Notes: generated by a model from the letters alone, not told the origin. A DNA stretch of 64,000 nucleotides from Octopus bimaculoides (GCF_001194135.2 NC_068983.1:22276378-22340377); one strand, 5' to 3'; numbered from the stretch's first letter, positions 1 to 12,511 are shown. Numbers and translations: made by a program.

Positions 1-179
1 GTAAAAGCACCCACTACACTCTCTGAGTGGTTGGCGTTAGGAAGGGCATCCAGCTGTAGAAACTCTGCCAAATCAGACTGGAGCCTGGTGTTGCCATCCG
101 GTTTCACCAGTCCTCAGTTAAATCGTCCAACCCATGCTAGCATGGAAAGCGGACGTTAAACGATGATGATGATGATGAT
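1..179 (+). mobile_element. 3' end of RTE-type LINE (or its non-autonomous derivative) with (GAT)n tail, cut by window edge
   Basis: GAGTGGTTGGCGTTAGGAAGGGCATCCAGCTGTAGAAAC...CATGGAAAGCGGACGTTAAAC(GAT)n. Only 2 differences from the copy at 18231-18414, which follows an RT fragment across a gap. Confidence 0.85.
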
Positions 180-184
180 ATATA

Positions 185-347
185 CGACAAGCTTCTTTCA
201 GTTTCCGTCTACCAAATCCGCTCACAAGGTTTTGGTCAGCCCGAGGCTATAGTAGAAGACACTTGCCCAAGGTGCCATGCAGTGGGACTGAACCCGGAAC
301 CATGTGGTTGGTAAGCAAGCTACTTACCACACAGCCACTCCTGTGCC
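185..347 (-). mobile_element. tRNA-derived SINE family B, 5' half
   Basis: Reverse complement has A-box-like TGGCTGTGTGG, B-box-like GGTTCAGTCCC, then GCACCTTGGGCAAGTGTCTTCTACTATAGCC. About 20 related copies in the window. Confidence 0.85.
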
Positions 348-360
348 TAATGTAAATACA

Positions 361-420
361 GACAAAATACCATTCAGCATTTCGTCCGGAGCGCTAGCAT
401 TTCTGCCAGTTCGCTGCCTT
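361..420 (-). mobile_element. SINE family C head fragment
   Basis: Reverse complement AAGGCAGCGAACTGGCAGAAATGCTAGCGCTCCGGACGAAATGCTG matches the heads of copies at 48341 and 48613. Confidence 0.65.
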
Positions 421-527
421 GTATTGTGCATTGTAAAAGAATAACCAATTTATAGAACATAATTTTTTAACAACTAAATCTTATGTAGACCTCAAAGGGT
501 CACGTGGACCTCACTGAAGAACCACTG
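421..527 (-). mobile_element. hAT-type MITE terminal fragment
   Basis: Reverse complement CAGTGGTTCTTCAGTG...ATAAGATTTAGTTGTTAAAA...TACAATGCACAA aligns with the left part of the MITE at 16335. Confidence 0.6.
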
Positions 528-664
528 GTTTAGACAATGTAGTTACACACACACATGCAAAACATGGGATAATCATAACTGGAATGTTTGAGTCACAGGT
601 CTGCTCCATTAGGGGTGACCTGGCACTACCCGACAGTAACAACAACCACTACCCATACAACAAT

Positions 665-1470
665 TACAACATCAGCGTCTCAGTACAAAAGACAACACCA
701 CCACTAGTACTACTACTACTACTACTACTACTACTAAATATACTACAATCAGCATGTCAATACTGATAGTACCAACGCAACTACTATGACCTACACTACA
801 ACATCAGTGCACCACTACTGACACCAACACAACTACTCCTTACATCATAACATCAGAGTGCCAGTAATGAGACCATGGCAACTACTGCTACCACAACATC
901 AGTGCACCAGTCCTGACACACCACAACCACTACCTACACTACAACAGTGTACTGGTACTGACATTACTACTACTATTACTACTAACACCACATCAGTATA
1001 CTTGCATTAATAACACCTCTACTGTTACCTATACTACATCAGTGAGCCAATACTGACAATTCCACTGCTACTACTACAAGTACAGCTACATCAATGCATC
1101 AGTACAGGTAACACCACCTCTACTATAACCTACACCACAAGATCAGTGTGCCTATAGTGACATCACTTCTACAGCTACCTATACTACAACATTACTGCAC
1201 CAGCACTAACAACAATACTACTTACACCACAACATTAGTGCACCAGTACTAACACAGCATCAGTGTCTGCATGAACTACTACATCACTACCACTACTACC
1301 CCTGCCACTACTACTACTACTACTACATAGACTACAACATAAATGTGCTTGTATAGACAACAACCACCACAACATTAGTGCACCTGTACTAACACAATAC
1401 TATAGCTTCTAGCTATACTACATCACTGTGCCTGTACTAGCAGCACCACTGCTACTACTTCCTACACTAC
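665..1470. repeat. Degenerate minisatellite, core ACAT(C/T)AGTGCACCAGTACT(G/A)ACA in (CTA/CAC)-rich spacers
   Basis: Core recurs at about 801, 896, 1232 and 1372, with more diverged copies in between, roughly every 45-70 bp. Confidence 0.7.
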
Positions 1471-1559
1471 AATAATTCAATGGAAACCCAATTTCAGCAA
1501 GTTATTGATCTTGTATTTACTGGGTTTAACAAATTGAACAGTCCAGCATTGCTGTTGCT

Positions 1560-2165
1560 ACTGGCATCATCATCATCATCATCATCATCATTGCTATCAT
1601 AATATTATCAGATCATCATCATCATCATCATCATCATCACTATCAGTAACTTTATATAATTACAACCATCATCATCATTATCATTATCATCAATAACACA
1701 ATCATAACAGCAACATTATATCATCACCACCACCACCACCACCACCACCATAATAATAATATCATCAACAATATTACATCATTATCAGTATTACTGCCAT
1801 TATATTCACTCTCAATGGTGTATGTAACATCACAATCGCATCACCAATGCCACGATATCAATATCAACATTGCCACCACCGCCACTATTACATCAACACC
1901 ACTAACTACCACCACCACCACCACCACCACCACCACCACCACCATTATGGACGTTACCATAAAGATTTTAGTGTCGGATACAAGCATCCAAAACGGCAGC
2001 AGCAGCAGCACCAGCACTATCACCATCAATACTTCAGTCACCCCCCCCCACCCATACTTTTCTCCCCCTCTTCAAAATTATATCATCATCATCATCATCA
2101 TCAATATCCTAATCATAATTGTCACCAATAGCTCAGCTCATCCTTCTACCTCGTCCTCATCCTCA
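1560..2165. repeat. Compound (CAT)n/(CAC)n/(CAG)n low-complexity tract
   Basis: Direct reading. It explains the poly-H/T/I ORFs at 1815-2183. Confidence 0.9.
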
Positions 2166-2609
2166 TCCTATTTTTCTCTGTAAACAGCAGCGGCATCACA
2201 ACTCGTATTGATTTCTGCCAGCGGCTCAAAGACAAAGATTTGTATGAAAGAAGGGTGTAAAGAGGGTGTAATGATGAGTGGCAGGGTACATGGTGCTTGT
2301 GTCCGTGTGTTACCATGCACGCAGAGAGAAATGAGCAATAAACTTCAATCAGATGAAGATTTGAACTCACTACCCCCCAGCAGACAAAATTTTACTGAAG
2401 CATTTAGCCCAGTACTCGACCATTAATACTTCTCCACCACCTTTATCCAGAAGCTATCATCATCATGATTATCATCATTGTCATCATCATCATCATTATT
2501 GTTGTTGTTGTTGTTAGGATAGTAAGCTGGCAAGATCATTAGAGGACTGGAAAAAATAGCACCGTGCGATATTTCTTCTGGATGTTTACATTCCGAGTTC
2601 AAATCTGGA

Positions 2610-3280
2610 CATCATCATCATCATCATCGTTTCACATCAGCTTTCCATGCTAGCATAGGTTGGACGATTTGACTGAGGACTGGTGAGCCAGATGGCTACA
2701 CCAGGCTCCAATCTGATCTGGCAGAGTTTCTACAGCTGGATGCCCTTCCTAACCTCAACTACTCTGAGAGTGTAGTGGGTGCTTTTACGTGCCACTGGCA
2801 CGAAGGTCAGTCAGGAGGTACTAGCAACAGCCACGCTCGAAATGGTGTATTTTACGTGCCACCTGCACAGGAGCCAGTCCAGCGGTACTGGCAACGAACT
2901 TGCTCGAATGCCTTTTCACGTGTCACTGGCACAAGTGCCAGGAAAGCGACGCTGGTAACGATCGCGCTCAAATGGTGCTATTTACATGCCACTGGCACGG
3001 AAGCCAGACGGCTATTCTGGCAGTGATCATGCTCGGACAGTGCTCTTAGCACTTCAGTGGTACAGGTACCATCACGATTTCGCTTTCACTTGCCCCAACA
3101 GGTCTTTGCAAGCCGAGTTTAGGGTCCAATCAAGGAGACATTGGCATGGGTGCCAGTCGTCGAATTTAGTTCGATTTCGATTTCACTTGCCTCAATAGGT
3201 CTTCACAAGCGGAGTTTAGTATCCAAATAAAGGAAAGGTACGCATAAGTGGGCTGGCTACACCCCTGGCAGAGGCCATGG
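2610..3280 (-). mobile_element. Long RTE-type 3' UTR copy with internal tandem hairpin modules
   Basis: Starts with (CAT)n, followed by the reverse complement of the RTE tail. Four units of about 65 bp (TTTACGTGCCACTGGCAC) at 2783, 2850, 2913 and 2980. Confidence 0.85.
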
Positions 3281-3545
3281 ACGTTAAATAATGATGATAA
3301 GATGGTGGCTCTCTGCCACAATTAGGAATGATTTTTAAAGACGATACGGACACAATTGGTAGCCAAGATGCTTTGCAGCATTTGTTTCAGCTCTCTGTGT
3401 TGTCAATTCAAATTTTACTGGGATCATTCCTCTGGGCCCAATAATATTAAGTACCAGCACCAGTGAAGTCTGTTCTCTCCACACAAACTTCAAGCCTTGT
3501 TCCTGTGTAAGAAATTAACACTTGTACTACAGTACAGATGCCACT

Positions 3546-3820
3546 TAAAAAGCACCCAGTCCACACTGTTAAGTGGTTGTCATTTGGAAGGGCATCCAAC
3601 TGTAAAAACCATACACCATGCCAAAACTGACCTCACTTGTGCGAGTGCCACATAAAAAGCACTCAGCCCACTCTTCAGAGTGGTTGGTGTTGGGAAGGGC
3701 ATCCAGCCATAAAAACTATGCTAAAACACACTCAGAAGCATGGCACAGACTCTTGCCTGGCCAGCTTCAGTCAAACTGTCCAACGCATACTAGCATGGAA
3801 GGAGGACATTAAATGATGAT
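3546..3820 (+). mobile_element. RTE-tailed element variant with duplicated GTGGTTG..GGAAGGGCATCCA module
   Basis: Two successive GGAAGGGCATCCA modules, then CATGGAAGGAGGACATTAAATGATGAT. Same variant in reverse at 51301-51590, partial copies at about 32750 and 38905. Confidence 0.75.
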
Positions 3821-5656
3821 GGCGACTACTGACTTCAGAAGAAGAAACAAACACATTTCCAACAAAAACAACATTTGTTATACCACTACTGCTGCTACTG
3901 GCTGTTGCAACAATATTGTAACATCCATTATGAGCAGACAGAGTTTATTGAGGTACATTTTCTACAGCGAGTTTTCTTTCCTGTCACCTATTCACACCTG
4001 TCTCAAAGCAAGGTAATATTTCCTCACGGCCAGACATGTTTTCACAGCATATTGGAAATTAATGACATTGCTTGTACAGACAATGACACTCATTCACAAC
4101 TGTTACGCAATGTCAAAACATACATAAACGAAGNNNNNNNNNNGGGGGTGCACATCAGTTCTTCCTGTGCTTTCAGTCATACTGGGCAGCTGGTTGACAC
4201 CACTGACTTCTGTTCACTGTGACTTTTCTACATCCCCCCCATGCAATATTGGCCTCCCTCTCATGTTGGTTATGAATGTTCTACACCATATTGTTTTCGG
4301 TCTACCCCTCTCTCTTTTTCCCTCTGATGGTATCCATGTGCATATATTACACACACAAACACACATACACACAACAAGCTTCTTTCAAGTTTCCATCTAC
4401 CAAATCTACTCACAAAGCTTTGGCCAGCCTGGGGCTATAGTAGACACTTGCCCAAGCAACAGAGTCCTCATTTGCCTTGAAGCCAGCAGAAGCCAAGCTT
4501 ATGCACTCTGTAATCTTATATTTGGATTTGTTGATTGGAGGTGAGAGGTGTCAAACAGACAGACACCTCTGCTTTCTGTAGTTAAATCCCAATTAACTGA
4601 CCACACTTTTCTACTCATTTTTGAAGCCAATTGATAAGACCTTATCTCTGAACTTATTCATGTTCACACCAACCAGCCTTGAAACATCTGTGAACTCTTT
4701 CTACAAGATCAAGAGTTCATCACAGGATAAGGTCAAGAGAACACAGACACTAAGCATAGCCAAAACCTGTTATCATTGTATCCCAGCCAAAATGGACTCT
4801 GTATCTAATTAATCACATAGTTGAACAACGTTGGCAAAAGTTCACAACATTTTTATCTCAAATATACACAAATCTTTTCTACATCTTAGAATATTGTAAA
4901 TATACTGGAATATCACAGATAACAGTTTTCACAACATTTCATCTACTTCCAGGATGACAAAACTTTATATCTGATGCACAGAATCTACAAATACATTGAT
5001 TTTGCACAGATAGAATGACCATCTGCATTTCCAAAGCTAACAAAAATTTTAGTAATACTTCCACAACTAGGACAGAATTCAGATTCAGCTTGAACTGGAC
5101 ATTTAGTGATCCTCATCATTAATTAACATCCATTTTCCATGTTGACATGGTTTCTACAGTTAGATGCCCTTCCTGACAACAACCACTTTATTTATAGTGT
5201 GTACTGGGGACTTTCTCATGTCATCAGTAATAGTGAGGTTGCCAAATAACTTGCAAGGCAGAAAAGACAAAAAAAAAAGCCGTCTAAAACAAAACAGAAG
5301 AGTTTGAAAAAATTGCTAGCGACGTAACATTATTACACACCTTTCATTATACCACATTTCCCAGATTATATCCATCATCATTAAGTTGACCAAATTGGCA
5401 TGGAATAAATGGGCTGCTATGTTCCAAGTGAGCTCTTACTGCCCTTCTAGATAGGTCAGAAGACTATGGTTCACTTGCATTACATGTGTATGTATGCATG
5501 CCTATGTACACAAATGTTGACATTCAACAAGTTTCATTTGTCACCATCTGTGGTGATGTGATGTGATGTGATGTGATGTGATGTTTGCATTCCTTGTTCA
5601 CATTAAGACCAGTCTCTCCTCACTTTCAAAACCTACCGGAATAAAAGAATTCCTAA

Positions 5657-5868
5657 CCCTTTAAACAGGCCGTATCCAGCCCAAATATTCAACCTGCTTT
5701 ATGTTTAAACCAATCAGATCTGGCCTCTCACACCTATACTACAATGTCATTTTAAAAATAATCATCACATCATTGAAATCTCAAAGCTACAAGATAATGC
5801 ATGATTAATTTAAAACAACGTGTATAAATAAGCTTTACATTTGACAGAGTAATCTAAATGCTAAATGG
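5657..5868. mobile_element. piggyBac-type MITE (about 215 bp family)
   Basis: Homologous to the TTAA-flanked copies at 12512 and 54869. Ends CCCTTTA... and ...AATGCTAAATGG followed by TTAA. Confidence 0.7.
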
Positions 5869-6594
5869 TTAATAGAAAAACATGCAAGAGTTAGAAACAG
5901 GAAATGCATCTGACCATAAAATACAAGTCCCCAATAATCTCCTGTCCAACCCATACTCACCTGAGAAAAGAATATTTTGCATGTGTGAGAGAGGGGGGTG
6001 GGGTGATAGCGAAAAAGACAGAAAACATGTGAATGCATACAATAAAAATGATACAGTATGCAAATTGCACATTTAAAGCAAAAACAACATATAGTGTTTC
6101 AGTTACTATCCTATAACTGAACTGTGTTAAATATGCTATCAGCAAGGGTAAATATAAAAGTGAAATGTCTATAACCAGGAATAGTGTAACAAGGATATTG
6201 GCATTAGCTTCCTGACAGAGAATTTACCTTTCCATTCTATTAAACAGTTCAATTAGTACTGGAATATTGGAATCAAGATTAGTTCAAGCCAATTAGATAA
6301 GACTTAACTTAATTTTCTTTCCTTTCCTCTTCATAAAAAAACAAAAATTCCCTTAGAGACCACAAAAGTCCCATCCATTCCACCCACCAGTACCAGCAAA
6401 GTAAACAACAGATTTCATTCATATCTACAAGAAAGGATGGTTATATCATCTTAGTAAACTGTTATTGGAGTTTGTCCCATTTCATGCTGAGTCTTAATTA
6501 GACAGGGGTTTGCTTGGATTCTTAATTTGTCTTACTTGTACCTAAATACTAAAACTAAAACAAAAATAACAAAACATTATTAATCTCATCATCA

Positions 6595-6648
<54 letters not shown>

Positions 6649-7239
6649 TCATCATCATCATTTAATTAGGCATTAAGCATTAGGAAGTTAATCTTTTTGC
6701 TAATGTACACATTTGCTGAAACAAACGAGTGGTTAATAACATGATTACTCTTGCCTTGGAACAAGGCCAATAGCTGTTGTTTTCTTTCTTTCTTTCTTTT
6801 GTTGTTGTTTTTAAAGAATTACTTAAGGTCTAATAAACTGACCCAAATTTATTACTGGTATCTTTATTAATTCACAACAGAGGAATTAAGACTAAATTCT
6901 GCTTCAGTGTGCAAAGGTTTTAATTGTTTAATGCCAAACCAACTCTGACCAAAGCTATTCCAGTTGTGGCAATGCCATTTTATTTTCAGGTATAGTTTAA
7001 CTAGGACCCCATTAACAAATTTACATGTTTCCCACCACTTTTTTTTTTTTTTTCTTGTAAAAATAGAAAAGTGGAAGGCTCAATTTGGCTGCTATTTCTA
7101 GCTGGTCAGCCACCATATCGAATGGCCATTGGCAAGCTGCAGCCTCCAGCATTTTCTGAATGGTACACCAAATGAAAAATTATCTTGAATTTTTTTTTTT
7201 TTAGTAGTAGTATGGCCCACCTATGACAAGTCATGTCAA

Positions 7240-7539
7240 ACAAATCACTCACAGTACTGGTAATCATTCTACCAGTCTCTTTTGCCAAACTATTAAGTTA
7301 TGGGGGTGTAAACAAACCAATACTGTTCATCAAACAGGGGGGGGGGGGTAGAAACAAATATAAGCACAACACAAACATGATGGGCTTCCACACAGTTTCC
7401 ATCTATCAAATCCATTCAGAAAGCAATGATCAGCTTGGGGTTATAGTAGAAGACAGTTTTCCAAGGTGCCACACAGTGGAACTGAACTCAAAACTGCATG
7501 GTTGTAAACAGAGCCTCATAACCAAACAGTCATGCCTGC
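7240..7539 (-). mobile_element. SINE family B, diverged copy
   Basis: GGGCTTCCACACAGTTTCCATCTATCAAATCC...TATAGTAGAAGACA...CCAAGGTGCCACACAGTGGAACTGAACTC. Confidence 0.75.
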
Positions 7540-8124
7540 ATCTATGTATATAGAGAAAAGCAAAGAGATAGATAGAAGAAATCAGAAGATAAAAACAAGT
7601 CATATGATTGAGAAAAGAGAGAAAAGAGAGAAAAAAATAAAAACAAAAATGGGGAAAAAAGAAATAGAGAAAATAAGAAGAAAGAAAAAACAACACAACA
7701 GAAAGCAATCAAGAAGAAACCTTATCAAGATTGGATTAAGTAATCCATGTTGGTAGAATGGAAGTCAAAACAGTTTGTGTAATTAATTTACAGACTGGAC
7801 AAGATGAAACAACATATTAACACGGGAGGATCTTATAGCAGGGTAGACTAAATAAACAGAGAAAGACAAAGAGAGAATGAAAGAAAGAAAGAGGTAATAT
7901 AAAAAGATACAAGAACTAAATAATCCTGTTATGAATCACAAGAATTCATTAGGCCAGTACTTCACTACAATTTCTGTAGTGTTGATAATAAGATGGAAAC
8001 ATTAATGCATCCCCCCATCCCATTCATTCATCTTCATTCATACTTTGTTTTAGCAGTCAATCAACAGAATATCAGAATGTTTTGCAGTATTCATTCCAAC
8101 TGTCTACAATCTTGAGCTCAAACA

Positions 8125-9049
8125 CAGTAATCCCTCGACTATAGCGGGTGTTATGCCCCACACACACACGATAGGGGAAAATCTGTGAAGAAGAAATAGT
8201 AGTGTACTATATATATAAATTTTGTTGTTGTTATTTTTATAATTTGTATATATTTGTAAAGAATAAAAAGTTTTGAATGGTACAACAATGCACTATAATA
8301 CAAAAAATGAACTATATACCTGTTGTAATTTAGTTATCCGTGGAGACACAATGGCCCAGTGGTTAGGGCAGCGGACTCGCGGTCATAGGATCGCGGTTTT
8401 GATTCCCAGACTGGGCATTGTGAGTGTTTATTGAGCGAAAACACCTAAAGCTCCACGAGGCTCCGGCAGGGGATGGTGGCGAACCCTGCTGTACTCTTTC
8501 GCCACAACTTTCTCTCACTCTTACTTCCTGTTTCTGTTGTGCCTGTAATTCAAAAGTGTCAGCCTTGTCACACTGTGTCACGCTGAATATCCCCGAGAAC
8601 TACGTTAAGGGTACACGTGTCTGTGGAGTGCTCAGCCACTTGCACATTAATTTCACGAGCAGGCTGTTCCATTGATCGGATCAACTGGAACCCTCGACGT
8701 CGTAAGCGACGGAGTGCCAACAACAACAATTTAGTTATCTATAGTCCGATGATATTTCAGAATACAATTCCTTCTTCAGATATTCTTAGATGGAGTCTCG
8801 TATTCCAAAATATCATCGGACTATAGATAACTAAATTACAACAGGTATATAGTCCATTTTTTGTATTATAGTGCATTGTTGTACCATTCAAAACTTTTTA
8901 TTCTTTACAAACAATAAACAATGCTTCAAGCGAACTACAATACTCTCCTATCTGTATATATTTATTTTATTGTAAATGCAAGACAACGCCACGGAGGAGG
9001 AATCGAGGTAAGCTTAAATAATAAACCATGATATGGCGAAGGATTACTG
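8125..9049. mobile_element. pogo/Tigger-like MITE with about 105-bp internal inverted repeat, interrupted by a SINE
   Basis: TIRs CAGTAATCCCTCG (8125) and CGAAGGATTACTG followed by TA (9050-9051). Internal arms 8253-8338 plus 8740-8757 match the reverse complement of 8808-8911 with one mismatch. Confidence 0.8.
8339..8727 (+). mobile_element. Full-length tRNA-derived SINE family D with (CAA)n tail and 12-bp TSD
   Basis: A box TGGCCCAGTGG (8352), B-box-like GGTTTTGATTCCC (8395), tail CAACAACAA. TSD AATTTAGTTATC at 8327-8338 and 8728-8739. Confidence 0.9.
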
Positions 9050-11164
9050 TACTGCTGAGGTCAACTTTACCTTTTATTGTTTCAAAGACATTCACTAAAT
9101 AAAATACCTGTCAAAAACTGGAGTGGGGGGGGGGGTCTACCAGNNNNNNNNNNACTGGAGTGGGGGGGGGGGTCTACCAGGTTTTAAAAATGCCCATGGT
9201 AAGCTGTATATCACAACAACACTCTACCAAGGCACACTGTATATCACATCAGAGATTGAAGACCTTACTACATTCTGTATAACTTCTCCTGCTCGTCTTC
9301 CTCCTCAGGTAAACTAGTCGACAACTTTCACTTGCAATGACTTCATATTTCTTGCTCCTCTCTTCCAAATAAAATCTTTCTCCACCCCCACCCACCCCCA
9401 TCACAAGGATTAACTGTAGATCAAGGAAGGCAACGATAAAAAAAAGTATCAACAGATGCTATTCCTGAGCAGATGCAATGGTCCAAGCTGATATGCAGAC
9501 CCCAGGAAATGCAAAAAGCCCAGCAGATACGAACACTGAGCCTAAGTCTGGGCAAAAGGAGATTCAAAGATTCAAATCTTGATAATAAGAGACTTTTCAT
9601 GATTCTTCCTACTGAGGCACAAAATCTGAAGAATGGATGGATGGGGGAGCTGGTCAGTTATATTGACTCCAGATACTGAAAGCAGAAGTTGACCATGGCA
9701 GAATTTGAACTCAAAATGCAAAGCCTGAAAAAATACCACTAAGCATTTTGTTCGTCATACTAACGATAATTATACAGTAATTAATAGCTCATACACACAT
9801 TAGGTCTAATTCAATGTGCTTCATAAACATTTGTTTATTACACTCATAGCCTTAATGATCTCAGTTTTGAAACTATTACAAAACTAATAGCCAGAGTTCA
9901 GTCAGCCAGATCAAACAGACTTATACTGAAAGGCATTCCAATCATGACTATTCTGAGTATATGAGAGTATGTTACCTAACAAGTCTTTCCTTTTTCAAAA
10001 CAGAAGGGGGATACATAGCTTTTGCAAGCAATAAAACAAGCAACTGATATGTGAAAACAGTAACTGAATAAAAACTAATACAACATAAAATATATGCTTT
10101 TAGTTATAGCACCAACTTCTCTTGCATCTGTAGCATAAAAAACTACAACCAATCCCTGCTGTAAAGTGGTTGGTGATAGCAAGGGCATACAACAGTTAAA
10201 AAAGTGTCCGCACCACACCAAAAGAAAAGACATGACTATGCATAACAGAGAGTGACGATCCCTATGTTGAAATGTGTGATATAACAAAGGGATTGCAACA
10301 GAGAATAAGACTCTTGGGCTTGGTTGAGGGCAATATAAAATAGAGTTAACCGCTTTGATACCAACCTATCAGAGTCTGCCACTTAGTTCTATTATACAAA
10401 CTTTCCATTTTAAAGTGATCTAAATTGAAACCTTCCATGGAAATTTATGTTAATTCATCTTCCAAACAGTAGCTTAATAATGACAAAGTTTTTTAACTAA
10501 ATTCTTCATTATTTTAAGAATTTAACTGAAATATAGAAACAGAACGATTCCACACTTATACACCACAATGACTTGTGGTGTATAAGTGTGGCAACCATGT
10601 AAACACCAAGAGAGCATTTTGCCTGGAATAATTCTGTCTCTTGTTTTTCCTTCTCTATTTCCCTTTCTGTGTCTTATTTCCTATTCTGAAGAAGCGCCCA
10701 ATGCTTTCCATTTTAATGGAGCATCAAATTAATGATTTTAGTCATGAACTCAACACATTTTTTTTGGTTTTTGTTCTTCTCTGTCCCTCTCCCCCTTCCT
10801 CCTCCCTTTCAGTACACACACACACACACATACAAACACACGCATACATGCATGCATAGACACAAACACAGTATCTCAACGACATCTCTCTCCTACCAGC
10901 CACCCCCAAATTTACAAACATAACTGATAAGTAAGTAGGTCTATCTCATAACAACATTGATTTCGCACAGTTTGCACTTCTTAAAGCATATTTATTTTCA
11001 CTGATAAGGCATGAGTTAATACATACATACATACATAGTTAGTTCTTGAAGATTTGAGTACACAATATAATTGCTTCTCAAATGTACTTTGTACCTTTTT
11101 GCTTAGAACAGAGCTCCTGATTTCTTTTAATTACTAAAAATTAAATTACTGGAAATTTGTTGAC

Positions 11165-11419
11165 TTCGAGGTCATTGCAGTGCCACTGGACTGGCTCCTG
11201 TGCAAACACCATTTGAGCGTGGCCATCGCCAGTACCGTCAGTGGCATGTAAAAGCACCCACTACACTCTCGGAGTGGTTGGCGTTAGGAAGGGCATCCAG
11301 CTGTAGAAATTCTGCCAGATCAGATTGGAGCCTGGTGCAGCCATCTGGCTCGCCAGTCCTCAGTCAAACCGTCTAACCCATGCCAGCATGGAGAGCAGAC
11401 GTTAAACGATGATGATGAT
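11165..11419 (+). mobile_element. RTE-type 3' end with (GAT)n tail
   Basis: Same tail family as 1-179. Confidence 0.85.
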
Positions 11420-11555
11420 TACACACACACATACATACATACATACAAGCCTTAAAGTGAAACCAGTTTGCAGCTCAATGTTGCCAAACAAAAAAGTACA
11501 TGAACAAAATTATAAACAAATTAAAAACTGAACAAATACATGAACTAATACAACT

Positions 11556-11593
<38 letters not shown>

Positions 11594-11830
11594 GTACATT
11601 AAATTGCATTACACTTCTAGATTGTTTTTCTTAAGTACAAAACTCATAACAGTTTAATGCTACATTGAATTACAAAATAAACAGCCAAAATGTTAGATAT
11701 GTTGTCGCATATCTGTTATACGGGATTAGAAATAGAAATATATAAAAATTCATCAAGTGTAAAACTGTAAACTTGATCCTATAAATAGAGTTTTAATATC
11801 AACAACAATATTATCAACAACTATAACTAC

Positions 11831-11865
<35 letters not shown>

Positions 11866-12100
11866 TTACTACTACTACAGCTCTACTTGTTTCTAGCATT
11901 CTATGTAGATATTAGATGTTGGAAGAAAACAGATGAAAAGTTAAAAGAAAAGAAGAAGGATATATAAAGAGGTTGTAATGTTTGCAATTTAAACCTCCAG
12001 TCAAGAAAACTAAAGGTGCTTTACTTTTCAGAAATGTTAAGTGCTTACATCTTTCAACAGAGGCAGGAATGCAGCTTCTTTTAAAGTGTAAGAGTGTAAG

Positions 12101-12103
<3 letters not shown>

Positions 12104-12172
<69 letters not shown>
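12104..12172. repeat. (GT)n microsatellite
   Basis: Direct reading. One of many (also about 20376, 52970, 56787). Confidence 0.95.
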
Positions 12173-12173
<1 letters not shown>

Positions 12174-12299
12174 ATGAGTATCATCATTTTAATGTCTGCT
12201 TTCCCAAGCTTGTATGGATCAGATGTGATTGGGGGGAAGGGCAGAATTTCTCTTCCCAACAAACTTCACCAAGTTTTCAAGCAAGGTAATATTTTCCCC

Positions 12300-12507
12300 T
12301 AGCCGAGGCATGATTTTCACAGAAAACAACAAACAAACATCGCCACTCATACAACCACACACACACACTTCTTTTCGGTTTCCATCTACCAAATTTACTC
12401 ACAGGCCCAAGGCTATAGAAGACACTTGCTCAAAGTGCTGCATAGCGGGACTCAGTCTAACACCACATGGTTACAAAGTCCCACTCTTAACTACACAGTG
12501 TTGCCTG
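12300..12507 (-). mobile_element. SINE family B copy
   Basis: CTTTTCGGTTTCCATCTACCAAATTTACTCACAGGCCCAAGGCTATAGAAGACACTTGCTCAAAGTGCTGCATAGCGGGACTCAG. Confidence 0.75.
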
Positions 12508-12511
12508 TTAA

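Noticed and set aside
1815-2183. Poly-Thr/His/Ile, poly-CV/HT/YI and poly-Asp/Gly ORFs here and at 11912-12302, 21112-21413, 34089-34947 and 53451-53839
   Set aside because: These are translations of microsatellite or low-complexity DNA with no domain motifs or splice support.
2780-3050. Regularly spaced palindromic units resembling a CRISPR array
   Set aside because: The units are imperfect, the spacers are related to each other, the array recurs inside every long RTE 3' UTR copy, the context is eukaryotic and there are no cas genes.
8341-8415. tRNA-like sequences at SINE heads (families B, C, D)
   Set aside because: They have A/B boxes but no complete cloverleaf or acceptor stem, and they continue into SINE bodies. 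They are not tRNA genes.
9117-9180. Exact 27-bp direct repeat ACTGGAGT(G)nTCTACCAG on both sides of a 10-N gap
   Set aside because: Typical unmerged contig overlap at a G homopolymer, so an assembly artefact and not a biological duplication.
9240-9620. Moderately complex non-repeat-looking stretches here and at 4450-5100, 14160-14460, 21800-22330 and 37680-37880, examined as possible further FoxN exons
   Set aside because: No GKGSLW or other FoxN-like translation and no convincing splice-bounded open frame. They may be very old repeats that I cannot classify by eye.
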